The position numbers and the translations under genes were made by a program. A stretch of 64,000 nucleotides of DNA, taken from assembly GCA_030141605.1 (NCBI GenBank), contig JAQGDQ010000548.1:1-64000 (forward strand). The letters run 5' to 3'. The notes beneath the pieces were generated by a model that did no database searches, was not told the origin of the DNA, and saw nothing but the letters and a program-made list of their open reading frames with translations. This stretch comes from Tubiluchus corallicola (lineage: Eukaryota; Animalia; Priapulida). Numbering within the stretch: position 1 is the stretch's first letter; each line of letters starts with the position of its first letter. Below, piece by piece: positions 44,208 through 57,368 of the stretch.

Positions 44208-44593
44208 AATAAGCCTTTTCACAGTTTCAGTGATTGATGATGATCGTAAAAAGGTCAAAGGTTAAATGAACCAGACTACGCATTTGTGCACACTTGACAA
44301 CGCCTCGCAACCCATTCTATTGTAATAGTAACAGTTTTAACGGCTAGCTAGAACCTTACATAGTTCATTCTTTCTTGTTCCCAAGCTAGATCCTGCTAGT
44401 AAATCACTCTTCGTACATTAAGTAGAGTATAGTTAAGTAAAGTCCACGTAAAATAACTGAAGTTATCGAACTGATACGACAGACAGCTTTGTTTTACCCA
44501 CATGTCACGTAACGTTTGTAGTTGCTGTGGTAACCTTAACTTTGAAAAACAGCAACTGCGCGTGCGCACAATGAAACTATGGGAAGGCTTATT
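44208..44593. mobile_element. Non-autonomous TIR element (MITE)
   Basis: about 25-bp imperfect TIRs aataagccttttcacagtttcagtg / caatgaaactatgggaaggcttatt; a related partial copy at about 53810-54670 hosts the 5S SINE. Confidence 0.75.
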
Positions 44594-44659
44594 TCTTCAA
44601 TATGCACTATAGCTTCATCATGGAACAAGCTCGCAACTAATTGAACTTGGAAGACAGGA

Positions 44660-44792
44660 CATGTGAAAAATTTGTGATACCGTCTGGATTTGAACCAGGG
44701 ACTGTGGGCTTACGAGCAAACGTTGGAGACCACAAAACACTGTAAACAGAAAGTCCCTGTCTCAAATCCAGGCTGCGTCTTAAAGTTTTTCA
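44660..44792. mobile_element. Inverted pair of tRNA-derived B-box halves
   Basis: ctggatttgaaccagggact...agtccctgtctcaaatccag, each arm continuing outward to tttttca. Confidence 0.55.
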
Positions 44793-44839
44793 AGTTTGTT
44801 TTGTAACAATAGTTTTGATGTTGGGATTAGAATAAATAA

Positions 44840-45430
44840 AGGAGAAGATAACGGTTTTTCATATCCTACCCAATTTTGAATTACGGTGAAAAGTAAACAT
44901 TTTAGCACCTATTATAAGGCCAATGTTTCTTATAATTACATGATAGGTAAAAAATTCATTAATGGCGGGCGAGCCCAACTGATGATGACATCACAACTGA
45001 ACATAATTTTTAACAGCACAAATATTCAATGAGCGTGTTGCACGTATTTGCAAAAGCGAAAATGAAGTACATTGCTACCGAGCAACATTTAGCGTGGTAC
45101 ACAAAAACTCAGTAAAGCTTAACCTTAAACTCAGACATAAAACTCAAAAACTCTAAAATCCTGAGCTTCGAAAGTCTGCACTACGTCACAATTGAACCAT
45201 GTCTGAAGTGAGAGATGCTGCGCCTGTTGATTTAGGCAGCGAGTATCCGAGATGCAGGCGCAGGTGACCGTCTAACTAGCAAATGGCAAAATGCATGTAA
45301 TAGCGAAGAACTAGCCATATGGAATGCGGCTAGTACATTTTGGTATTAATTGGTATTTGATATTACATTTTGGTAGTAATAATTTTTTCATGTAAGTCAT
45401 TTTTGAATGAAAAATCGATAATTATGTTTC
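44840..45430 (+). mobile_element. Kolobok/T2-type element, diverged copy
   Basis: shares ggcgagcccaact, gagcgtgttgcacgt and taagtcattttt blocks with the family. Confidence 0.7.
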
Positions 45431-45672
45431 TTTTTTTGATTTATCAAGCAGTTTATTTCAGCCTTTACAAAACTAACAACTGTTCAACAGTATCATAAAT
45501 TAACTCGATTCAATCACATGTGGCGAAAAGTGCGATATAGTAAAGCTTCTCCCACACCTGTGCTCGGCAAAAAACCGGTATCTTCAACGAGGTTGACAGA
45601 AGACAGCGTCGGTGATAGGTGATTAATGACGACGACAATTTTTGTGTTAATGATCATGACGTCACGTGATCA

Positions 45673-45835
45673 TCACAGTTCGTCTCGGGGGTAAATACTA
45701 GCTTGACAAGAACATCCATGTGGAATTTCGAAGACGCTGAGAATACATTTGTCACTAGGGGGCAGCACTATTATTAGACTCTGTTGTCTGTAGTCTTGCG
45801 TGCAGTTCCCATGAACCAGGTTACAGTTACCTGAT
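45673..45835 (-). CDS. Spaetzle-like cystine-knot cytokine, terminal exon
   Basis: tttcag acceptor; SGNCNLVHGNCTQDYRQQSLIIVLPPSDKCILSVFEIPHGCSCQASIYPRDEL*; resembles Drosophila Spz CKQHYTQQTL...SFKIPSCCKC. Confidence 0.9.
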
Positions 45836-45886
45836 CTGAAATGTAGGAAAATTATTGTGTGTGAAGTTTAGTAGTAAAGGCAACGG

Positions 45887-45955
45887 GAGAGAGAGGTAGA
45901 GAGAGAGACAGACAGAGAGAAAGAGAGAAACAGAGAGAGAGAGAGAGAAAGAGAG

Positions 45956-46015
<60 letters not shown>

Positions 46016-46101
46016 AGCGAGAAAAAGAGAGAGAGAGACAGTGAGAGAAAGAGTGAGTGAGAGGAGAGAGTGTGAGTGAGTGAGCGAGAGAGAGAAACAG
46101 T

Positions 46102-46147
<46 letters not shown>

Positions 46148-46173
46148 AACACAGAGGGAGAGAAAGACTGGGA

Positions 46174-46225
<52 letters not shown>

Positions 46226-46247
46226 AACACACAGAGAGAGAAAGACT

Positions 46248-46289
<42 letters not shown>

Positions 46290-46350
46290 AACAGAGAGAG
46301 AAAGAATGAGTGAGAGAGAGAGAGTGAGTGAGAGAGAGAAAGAGAGAGAG
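45887..46350. repeat. (GA)n compound microsatellite, intronic
   Basis: direct reading. Confidence 0.95.
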
Positions 46351-46889
46351 ACCGGAAGGTGAACAAAGAAAAAGAAAGGAGAATGAGGGATGGAAAGGCG
46401 ATGGAAGAAAAGAAACAGAAAAAGAACGAAAAAAGGTAGAGAAGGAAAACAGGAAGAGGCGAAAACGCTTTTGAAAAGTTCGTTCAAAAAATTTAACGAT
46501 GTTGCAAGAATTATAGTGGAAGCAATAAACGTGTCACAGTTACACGTAGTTTGTCGTGTTGCCTGAGGCAATTTGCCTTAATGTTAAATGTCTTTTAGAA
46601 ATGAACAGGTCTGACAAGATTTCTAATAAACACAAACCCTGTGGTAAAATTTTACAACCTTTAAACCTTTGCTGCAAAACTAGCAACGTGGTAAGATAGT
46701 TACAAAAGGGATGAACAAACTGTATTATTAGTTGAAAATTCTACATAAAAAGTGTGAAAAGGTATTTCAGCCAATCACTGAAAATAACAATCTAATAGGC
46801 AAAAGAACGAAAATTCGCAAAAGAATCAAATGAAAATTTCTGGTTTTGTAAAGATAATACAAACACTATTTGCAAGTTATAATAAGTGT

Positions 46890-47400
46890 CTGTCAAGCAA
46901 AGATGGCATTGTTTGCTTTCAAAAATGGTGACTAAAAGTAGTGCTCCAAACCCACAAGTTACAAAACGTGATTGTCAAACATAGACGACATTGGTTACTT
47001 AAAATGGCGACTAAAACTATTATTCCAAAAGCCCATATTATCATAAGTGATTGTCAAACATAGATGACATTGTTTACTTTCAAAAATGGCGACTAAAAGC
47101 AGCACTCCAAAAGCCCATGTTGTAATAAGTGATTGTCAAACATAGATGACATTGGTTACCTACAAAAATGGCGATTAAAAGTAGCACTCCAAAAGTCCAT
47201 GTTGTAATAAGTGATTGTCAAACATAGATGACATTGGTTACTTTCAAAAATGGCGATTAAAAGTAGCACTCCAAAAGTCCATGTTGTAATAGTGATTGTC
47301 AAACATAGATGACATTGGTTACTTTCAAAAATGGCGACTAAAAGTAGCACTCCAAAAGCCCATGTTGTAATAAGTGATTGCCAAACATAAATAGCATTGT
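46890..47400. repeat. About 82-bp minisatellite, about 6 copies, intronic
   Basis: gtgattgtcaaacatag recurs every about 80-82 bp. Confidence 0.93.
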
Positions 47401-47408
47401 TTACTTAC

Positions 47409-47552
47409 AAGCACCTGGTTTCGACTACAGGTTGTTCAAAAATTCCTGGTATGTTTAGTATGACCTGTCTGTTTCCAAATATATCAGTCAATCGCCGTGG
47501 AAACGTTGTTCTGGTTCGACTATGACACATGCTGACTGGTCCTTGAACACAG
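47409..47552 (-). CDS. Spaetzle-like cystine-knot cytokine, N-terminal half of knot
   Basis: cctttttag acceptor and gtaagt donor; phase 2 to 2; CVQGPVSMCHSRTRTTFPRRLTDIFGNRQVILNIPGIFEQPVVETRC aligns by eye to Spaetzle LCxS...YP...IVN...Q..EEC. Confidence 0.9.
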
Positions 47553-48027
47553 CTAAAAAGGAAGAAAATGAACTTGTTAACGAGACAGCAACAGTGATGG
47601 TGATGAAGAAAGTGCAGCCATGACGACAGTGACTGTAGCAATAATGACAATGACAATACGTGAAGTGACAGTAACCAGAGAAACAGCAAGAACTATGCAA
47701 GAACAGCAATTTATGCCAGAGTAGCAGAGTAGCAACAACAACAAGAACAACAAGAACAACATCGACATCATCACCACCACCACCACCATTACCATCACTA
47801 CCACAACCAACAACAACAACACCACCACCACCAACAACAACAACAATCTTAATCATCGTCATCATCATCACAACCATCATCATCACCATCGTCATAATCA
47901 TGCTCAACATCATCAGTTACCATCATCATCGTCAACACCACCATCATAATCATCACCATCATCATCGTCGTCAACATCAACATCGTCGTCGTCGTCGTCG
48001 TCGTCGTCGTCATAATCATTCTCTTAC

Positions 48028-48225
48028 CTGGGACAGTCGTCATCTACTTGTCTTTTCTCTCTGCTGTGAAAGCGGTGTAAATTATGAAACTCAGAATGCT
48101 CTGGCTGGTGGTCTAGTTCACTCAGCGAAAAAGAAACATCCCTTTTCGAGAGCAATCCAGAAAGGGAAGGTTTCAGTACCAGGGTGTGTTTGGGATCAAC
48201 TAGAGAGCTTAAATTTAATTCGTTC
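48028..48225 (-). CDS. Spaetzle-like cystine-knot cytokine, pro-domain exon with furin site
   Basis: tttcag acceptor and gtaag donor; phase 2 to 2; NELNLSSLVDPKHTLVLKPSLSGLLSKRDVSFSLSELDHQPEHSEFHNLHRFHSREKR/QVDDDCP. Confidence 0.85.
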
Positions 48226-48700
48226 CTGAAATAAAGCAAATAATTTTATATAATTTTAATATTCCTAACTATGACATTAGTATGTGAAAGATAGCAGTAT
48301 CCTTTATATATGGGCTGGAAGAAATACTTAATGATTTAATTGATAAATTGTTTGTTCACTCTGCACATAACAATGCAGTTATACGGACGAATTGGCACAA
48401 ACTATGTTTTGCACTATAAAACCAACATCTTTTATCATTTTAATGTTGACTTTTCTTGGGTTTTGTGCCTCTGTATGTTGTATTTTTAATGATCTGTCTT
48501 GTGTTTTTGTTTTGTGGCTGGGTGTGTATTTATGTATATATTTTATTAATTTCTATCATAACTTTATAGTACAGCTTTAATTTTTATATAATGTTACGTA
48601 CTTTAAATATATGAAATAAATTTAAAATAAAAATATAAAATATGTACGCAAGCATAATGCGCAGTTTGCTTTGCACTTAAAAAACCGTGTCAAGACGTAC

Positions 48701-48770
48701 CTCCCAAAAACTGTACCAACTTGGGCACAGCCAAACGAACACCATCGTGCAGGAAACATAGAGGGCGACA
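48701..48770 (-). CDS. Candidate upstream exon of the Spaetzle-like gene
   Basis: aag acceptor, AG|gtacgt donor; phase 1 to 2; SPSMFPARWCSFGCAQVGTVFG; bridges 49699-49740 to 48225 in frame (in-frame ATGs also present). Confidence 0.4.
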
Positions 48771-48905
48771 CTTTTAGTTTAAACATAATTTATTGTAGGA
48801 TTGGATCAGACAGTTTGGACAATATGATTTTAGGATCCTCACCACAACAGACTTTATACACTATTTACAAAAACATTTACAGTAAAAATAGACTATACCT
48901 ACACA

Positions 48906-49215
48906 CAGGGCCTATTTCAGGGGGGGAGTGGGGATACTTCCCCGGGGCCTCACCCTCCAGGGGGGCCTCGCCCCGAGGTGATTTGACTATTTGACAAGTA
49001 TTAAGGACTGGTGTTGAGAATGAAGCAGTTTTTCTTTCAATTGTTCTTTCCTTTAACAGCTGTATAACTCCATATTTTCTCTTCGAAAATGCTTCTCCAG
49101 CGTTCTAGCAGTTCAAAAATTTTCTGAGCGCCAACCATGGTGGACGCCCCCCCCCCCGAGGGGGCCTCACACGCCCCACTTCCCCCGGACCTCGTTTAGG
49201 CTGAAATAGGCCCTG
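48906..49215. mobile_element. hAT-type MITE
   Basis: perfect 15-bp TIR cagggcctatttcag/ctgaaataggccctg; 8-bp TSD cctacaca; paralogous empty site near 60050; related left end at 55372. Confidence 0.92.
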
Positions 49216-49698
49216 CCTACACAAGCTGACAAGTTTTACTACAAGATTACATTAGAGTATTAGTAGCATTTACAGTAAGAATTGACTACACCTACACAAG
49301 CTGACAAGTTTTACTACAAGATTACATTAGACATTAGTAGAAAATGACGGTTAGAAAATATTAATGTACGAATATTTACGACTGATGCATTTCGTATCAG
49401 ATAGAAACTACTGGAAGCGTTCAGTACGTAATATAAAGTCATGTATACATTGGAAGATTTTACAGTTAGCAACATAGTTAAATTCATCTTTTCCGAATAA
49501 TAACAACTTCAACAGATCATTAGTTACTAAGGCAGCTATTAAGGTTTTCAAGCAGCAGTATTTCATTTAATTTATCAAACATAACAACCCTAGTTTGTTG
49601 ATACAATGGGCAGTGCAACAAAAAGTGTTCAACAGACTCAAATAGAAACTTTTATAACAGACGACATTTTTATAACAGCAGCACATCTAACTCTTTAC

Positions 49699-49740
49699 CC
49701 TCGGCAAGAACGCTTCGAATAAACGCCCACAACACTACGG
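49699..49740 (-). CDS. Candidate signal-peptide exon of the Spaetzle-like gene
   Basis: strong pyrimidine tract plus aag acceptor, G|gtaaag donor; VVLWAFIRSVLA/E looks like the end of a signal peptide; start exon not identified. Confidence 0.35.
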
Positions 49741-51688
49741 CTTACAGAGAAATGAAAGAGACGGAAGTTCAGCCACCCTGCAAACGCCTCATTTTATCCA
49801 CTATAACCAAGGCACTCCAAGGTTCGTTCCCCTTGCGAGCTTTGCTATACTTAACAAAACCTTATAATACCTTGAAGGGAGGGGTATTAAACTGCCTCGT
49901 AGTAAATTGTTGATATTTACTGTAAACAATAATAGTTTACAATACTAAAATTCACATAATAACAATCTTTTTAATCTTCCTAAACAAAGCCAGTTTCCAA
50001 ACAATGTCCATGTTTAATACCTTGGAAATTTTTAAAGGAAACGTCAAGCTTTCTGGGATGTTAGACTTGCTTCAATATTTGCAAAATAAATGTTAGATGG
50101 ATTCATTTATCACGTGTAATTAGTAAATCATTACATCTCATCATTTCACACTTGAGCACTCACAGTTTTGAATGCTAATTCTTCCACCAATGACGTCACA
50201 ATGTCGACGAAAAAAGTTGCGCATTGTCAATTTCCATCAAAGTATGATAATGTTTTACAAAAAAACTAAATAGTTAAATATTTGCATTAGCATTAGGTAA
50301 GCTGCAGAGCAGTGCTTGTATTCATGAAAAACCACGATAGGCTTACGAAACGTCACCAAGTCCACCAGCTACGTCACAATTCTCAAGTGAATTGCGGCTA
50401 CCACAAAATTTGAAAGAGGCCGTATAAATTATGCCTTACAGACATTTTTTGTTTTTTTTCTTTCTTAGACTTATATTTTTCTAAGTTTAAGTAACAACAT
50501 TGAAATAAACACAACATGCTAAATGACTTGCACTTTCCTTTAAAGTTACACTCAAGATGAGAGGCTACAGTAGGTAAGTAAAATAATTATCTATAAATGT
50601 GGAATTATTATTAACATTTAATAATTATTTATTCTTATTATTTAATTTGCTCACGAAAGAGGATATGTCTGTTAATCTTGAAACAGTTGACGCTGTAGCT
50701 ATCAGGCAACAATTTACTTGTAGTGAATTTAACAGATGCACGGTCCGAGGGAAAACTGGATTTATAAGCAGATAAAAACTGCAGACGTCAAGTGGGTTGA
50801 GGAAAGAGGTTGAGGTACCAACCCAAGCGTGATTGCATTGTCTTTCATATTTAATTTGCGTCTTTCTACATACTGATCTTGATGTTAAGGATACACCGAG
50901 CTTGGCTAGTTCAGTAAAATCTTCACTAGGCGGCGACACAAACGCTGTAAACAGTAGCATAACGTGATGACAACTGTTGGGAGCAAGCTGACTCAACACA
51001 TTTTAGTGCATATCCCGAACACTACTAGATGAAGGGCATCTGTTTTAAATGCATTTTCCCTCGAGCTTCTTATCTGCGGAATTCTCTACAAAGAAACCCT
51101 TTCTCTGAAAGGTACAAGGGAGTTCAACTCAAGAGGAATATCAACAGACACCTTGGGTCACTAGCTAAATTATTTGCATTAATTCTACTATTTATATATA
51201 TTATATTATGTTTTTTGATTTTTTATAAATAATATAAATAATAAATAATGCATTGTATATATATATATATATTTATATTATTTATAAAAATTGGACAGGC
51301 ACTCATATTTTTATCATTCTTACAGTAGACGCTTACATTGAGATGCCATTGGACTTGCTTGGGGCAAAAACCAAACTTTGTAAAAAAGTTCATCTTAAAC
51401 AGGTTACTGAACAGTAATTAGTATTAGATCATTAGACAAATAATCCTAGACATGTGAATGAATATTTGCCCAGTAAACCTTGAATACGTATTGATAATTA
51501 TAAAAGCATTACATTTAATTGCTTAAGTCTATAAAATCTACTGTAATACTGTAATACTGTGATACTTACATGAAATCATTTCCGTTTGACTGTAAGGCGT
51601 CACAGTTCAACGCGGCAAAAACAAGAATTTGTCCAATACACAACTGCAAAGTAAACATTTGTGTTTTAGCAAGTTAGAGATAACCTCT

Positions 51689-52090
<402 letters not shown>

Positions 52091-52542
52091 AATTACAATG
52101 CTGTTTAAAGTAATCTCGCACGAGCTTTTTCGTAGATCTGCACATTTTCACTAAAAACCAACAATTGTTAAGAAAATAAATAAACAGACGCGAAATTTTG
52201 AAACGGCTTTACGTCTTCGTTCACACGCTGTTTTTTCACAAAACAGACAAAACTAATTTGAAATACACACCCACGAATAACGAAACATTTTCGATTTTAA
52301 CTCTTCACAAACTGTCAACGTTCAAACATAATTGGCAACGCCTATCCGTCACCGTTGCCTCGACGTAACGACGGCAAACATTTATACGGTAATAACTGTT
52401 CCGATAACCTCTACCGCGCGCGGAAGTTTCACTGTCAAACACTCAGGTGAAACAGCAAAAGTTAAGTGTTTTGTATACTAACGTGGAGTAATGTTGATGC
52501 TAGCCAAGCGTTACCTGCATTGAAAGTGATATCAAGGGAAAC

Positions 52543-53292
<750 letters not shown>

Positions 53293-53898
53293 CAAAGCTA
53301 ACGCTAATTGTTTCGTCTTATTTCGGCCAACGAACTTTCACTCAAATAATGAAGCAATTTACGAAGCATTACAACTTACAACACGACAAATACATGGCTC
53401 TGTAAGAACGTTTATTGATCAGCAAAGTTTATAATCCAGCAGCGAATATTCACAAAAATCTAATGCCACTCCTAAACGTAAGTAAGATTAAGAACTGGTA
53501 CACCTTTTGAATTTGGTTTAACATTAAGCAATAACCCCGATTTTGCATGACAAAAGTGCTTTATAATAAAGGCACTATAATGTACGTATACTGTTAACAA
53601 ATTTGCCCAAAGGTATAAATTTTTATCACGTGTAAAATTTTCCAACTAGTTTTATTTAAATGACGTGTCACTGCAAGCTACTTCCGCGTGAAATTTGTGA
53701 GGTTCAGAAATTTCCCAAGAGCTCAGGTCTGCAGACGCCTCTTTTGTTCGTTTTATTACTATTTAATTCAATTTCAATTTATTCGAATTAACATAACGAG
53801 AATTTCGCAATAGATAGCGAGCTAGGATCTTACCTAGTTCATTTTTTCTTGCTCCCATGCAAGACCCTGCTAGTAGATCACAGAATACTGCATAATTA

Positions 53899-54503
53899 CG
53901 ATTTTCTTACATCATTGACAAGATTTCCTACCTGACATATTTGCAGGCTTGTTAAGTCAAGGCCAAATCACGTTGAAAACACCGGTTCTCGTCTGATCAC
54001 CGAAGTCAAGCAACGTAGAGCCTGGTTAGTGCTTGGATGGGTGACCGCCTAGGAATACCAGGTGCTGCTGTAGGCTTGCGGGATGCCCACACTGTATCTC
54101 GACACTAGGCGGAGGAGTTGCACAAGCAGTCAGCAGCTAGAGGGCGGAGGAGGTCAAGTGACTCAACCTTCCATGTGTAGAGGAGTAAACCTTCCAAATC
54201 AGGAGTGGAGCCCCGCATATGGACCAGTGCAGCATGCTCACTGGCTCCGGCAGCTCCTGCAACCAACTTGGTGCCAAACGTATGGCTCCGCTTTCGTTTG
54301 GACTACATCAGGAAGGAAGAGAGGGGGTTTCTGTTGTCTGGGCAACTCAGAATCTCCATACACCTTGCCCAGGCGTACGCCCTGGAGACGTTCAAAGATC
54401 GCACTGCTCAGCCACAGTCGACGCTGCAGCTCCATCAATGTGATCAATAACTGACTCTCTTGGCGCACACTCCATTGTCTTGCAAGACAGAAGGATGCCA
54501 ACA
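53899..54503 (+). mobile_element. 5S-headed SINE with bipartite RTE-LINE-derived body and tail
   Basis: 12-bp TSD actgcataatta at 53887-53898 and 54504-54515; RTE 5'UTR-like motifs (ggtgccaaacgta, gcccaggcgtacgccctggaga); RTE 3'-end-like ccattgtcttgcaagacagaaggatgcc plus short aac tail. Confidence 0.8.
53956..54077 (+). pseudogene. 5S rRNA-derived sequence (head of a SINE3-type retroposon)
   Basis: near-complete 5S (ggcc...caccggttctcgtctgatcaccgaagtcaagc...ttggatgggtgaccgcc...gtaggctt) with boxes A and C, a few substitutions, a ctg duplication and no oligo-T terminator. Confidence 0.9.
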
Positions 54504-54877
54504 ACTGCATAATTAAGTAAGGGCCATGTAAAACTAGGTGATGAACTGATGGAGCAGACGACTTGCTTTGCCACGTGATGGTTATAGTGAAGGCGCATCG
54601 CTGTGGTACACTTAACCTTTGACCTACAGCAACTGCGCACGCGCACAACGAAACTGGGAAAAGACTTATTGTAATTTCAACGCACAACACAGCCACACAA
54701 GTATACACACCATAAACACAATCATAGTAATAACTAGTTTTTTTAATTTTATGGGCTTTAAACACAATAATTTTATTATCACAAAAAAATTATAATGCAA
54801 ACACGGAGAAAAATGTCCTATAATATTGGCATATTGCGATAGTAATTTTGTGCTTGCACAGCAAAATCGTCCGTAAG

Positions 54878-55300
54878 TCAGCAATTAAGCTTTTCTAGTT
54901 ATTCACATATCCTGAATCTCCATTTCATGAGGATCATTTTGATACCAAGCTCATCACTCTGTGTTATTTCTAAGCTGAGATAATCCACGTTAAAGTTGAG
55001 GTCCGTTTGTGTGAGCCTGCATAGGAAAATCAGCAATTAAGCTTTAGTTATTCATATATCCTGAATCTCCATTTCATGAGGATCATTTTGATACCAAGTT
55101 CATCACTCTGTGTTATTTCTAAGCTGAGATAATCCACGTTGAAGTTGAGGTCCGTTTGTGTGAGCCTGCATAGGAAAATCAGCAATTAAGCTTTAGTTAT
55201 TCACATATCCTGAATCTCCATTTCATGAGGATCATTTTGATACCAAGTTCATCACTCTGTGTCATTTCTAAGCTGAGACAATCCACGTTGAAGTTGAGGT
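54878..55300. repeat. About 150-bp tandem repeat, nearly 3 copies
   Basis: tcagcaattaagcttt at 54878, 55030 and 55179. Confidence 0.93.
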
Positions 55301-56460
55301 GCAGGCTACTCACTGTAAAACGTAACCTTGAGAAAATCACTGTTAAAGTCAGCCATTGTTTTTGTTGCGTCCAGGGCCTATTTGAGGGGGGAGGAGTGGG
55401 GATACCCTTCAGGGGGCCTCGCGCAGAGGTAACTTCTTTTGCTTTATGTGAACACCCTGCCTCCTCTTTCTCTTGCCGCGCGCGCCGTCTGCCTTGTGCG
55501 GCTCGGTGCGATGTTCAACACCGGACAATTACTCGATTGCAAGATGGCGGCGATCTGGGGCCACACTTTGTTTCACAAACGGAAAAAAGTCTCTGAGCAG
55601 GTAACAAAAATTTCCAGTACTCGATCGGTATTAGAATTTTTAAGAAATGATTTAAATGGGTCAGTTTTTGATTGTAGTTGTTTTTCTTTAATCTCTTCAC
55701 TGCCATGCAATTTGTATTCCAGCAAGTGCGCAAGAATATTTTGGTAAAATGAAAAGTTGCTACTGCTATAGGCTCTGCAGAGTTATAATATGATTGTTAC
55801 TACATCACAACCATTTCTGTTGTTACCATTGCCGTTGCTGCCATCATAGCTGTTGTGACCCCCCCCCCCCCCTCACCACCACCACCATTGCCACAGCTGC
55901 TGCTGCCATTCCACTGCCACCTGTGTCTGCTACTACCAGTGTCATTGTTGCTACATCACAACCACTTCTGTTGTTACTGTTGCTGCCATCTTAACTGTTG
56001 TGACCCCCACCACCACCACAAATGGCACAGCTGCCGGTACCGCCGCTGCTGCCATTCCACTGCCACCTGTGTCTGCTACTACCAGTGTCATTGTTGCTAC
56101 CATCTCTACTATCGATGTATTAGCAAAATTGTGAGAGTGATGAAGAATATTGAGAAAAAAGACGAAGGGACAGCAGAAAAAAAGAAAAGTAGAAGAAAAT
56201 AAAAGCAAAGTTTTCTGATACACAAAACATTGTTGTGTTGTTACAGAATAAACTTTTATTATGATTTACATTCACAAAAATACTGTAACTGTAATTTTTT
56301 TCTAAAAGTATTAGTGTCGATGTCATTGTCGTCATCATCATCATCATCAGTATCACCACCGTCATCATCTCTACACTTGGATTGCTACTTTGTGATTCTA
56401 AAAAAGCATTGCACGTGCAGCATAAATACACTAGCAAATATTGCCTAATTTATATGCATT

Positions 56461-57368
56461 ATGCACATGCACATCACGCAAGTATTCATGCAAATGCAAC
56501 ACGCAAGCATTCACACATGCACATCACGCAAGCATTCACGCAAACGCAACACGCAAGCATCCACACATGCACATCGCGCAAGTATTTACGCAAACGCAAC
56601 ACGCAAGCATTCACACATGCACATCACGCAAGTATTCACGCAAACGCAACACGCAAGCATCCACACATGCACATCACGCAAGTATTCACGCAAATGCAAC
56701 ACGCAAGAATTCACACATGCACATCACGCAAGCATTCACGCAAACGCAACACGCAAGCATCCACACATGCATATCGCGCAAGCACTCACGCAAACGCAAC
56801 ACGCAAGCATTCACACATGCACATCACGCAAGTATTCACGCAAATGCAACACGCAAGCATCCACACATGCACATCACGCAAGCATTCACGCAAACGCAAC
56901 ACGCAAGCATCCACACATGCACATCGCGCAAGCATTCACGCAAACGCAACACGCAAGCATCCACACATGCACATCACGCAAGTATTCACGCAAACGCAAC
57001 ACGCAAGCATCCACACATGCACATCACGCAAGTATTCACGCAAACGCAACACGCAAGCATCCACTCATGCACATCGCGCAAGTATTCACGCAAACGCAAC
57101 ACGCAAGCATCCACACATGCACATCACGCAAGCATTCACGCAAACGCAACACGCAAGCATCCACACATGCACATCGCGCAAGTATTTACGCAAACGCAAC
57201 ACGCAAGCATTCACACATGCACATCACGCAAGTATTCACGCAAACGCAACACGCAAGCATCCACACATGCACATCACGCAAGTATTCACGCACACGCAAC
57301 ACGCAAGCATCCACACATGCACATCACGCAAGTATTCACGCAAACGCAACACGCAAGCATCCACACAT
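56461..57368. repeat. 50-bp minisatellite, about 18 copies
   Basis: acatcacgcaagtattcacgcaaacgcaacacgcaagcatccacacatgc. Confidence 0.97.

Noticed and set aside
50625-50999. 124-aa - strand ORF as the start of the Spaetzle-like gene
   Set aside because: Its donors are phase 0 and do not fit the downstream exons; the phase-compatible frame has no ATG. It may be UTR.
53956-54077. Functional 5S rRNA gene
   Set aside because: Single copy, helix-disrupting changes, no T-run terminator, and it lies inside a TSD-flanked insertion.
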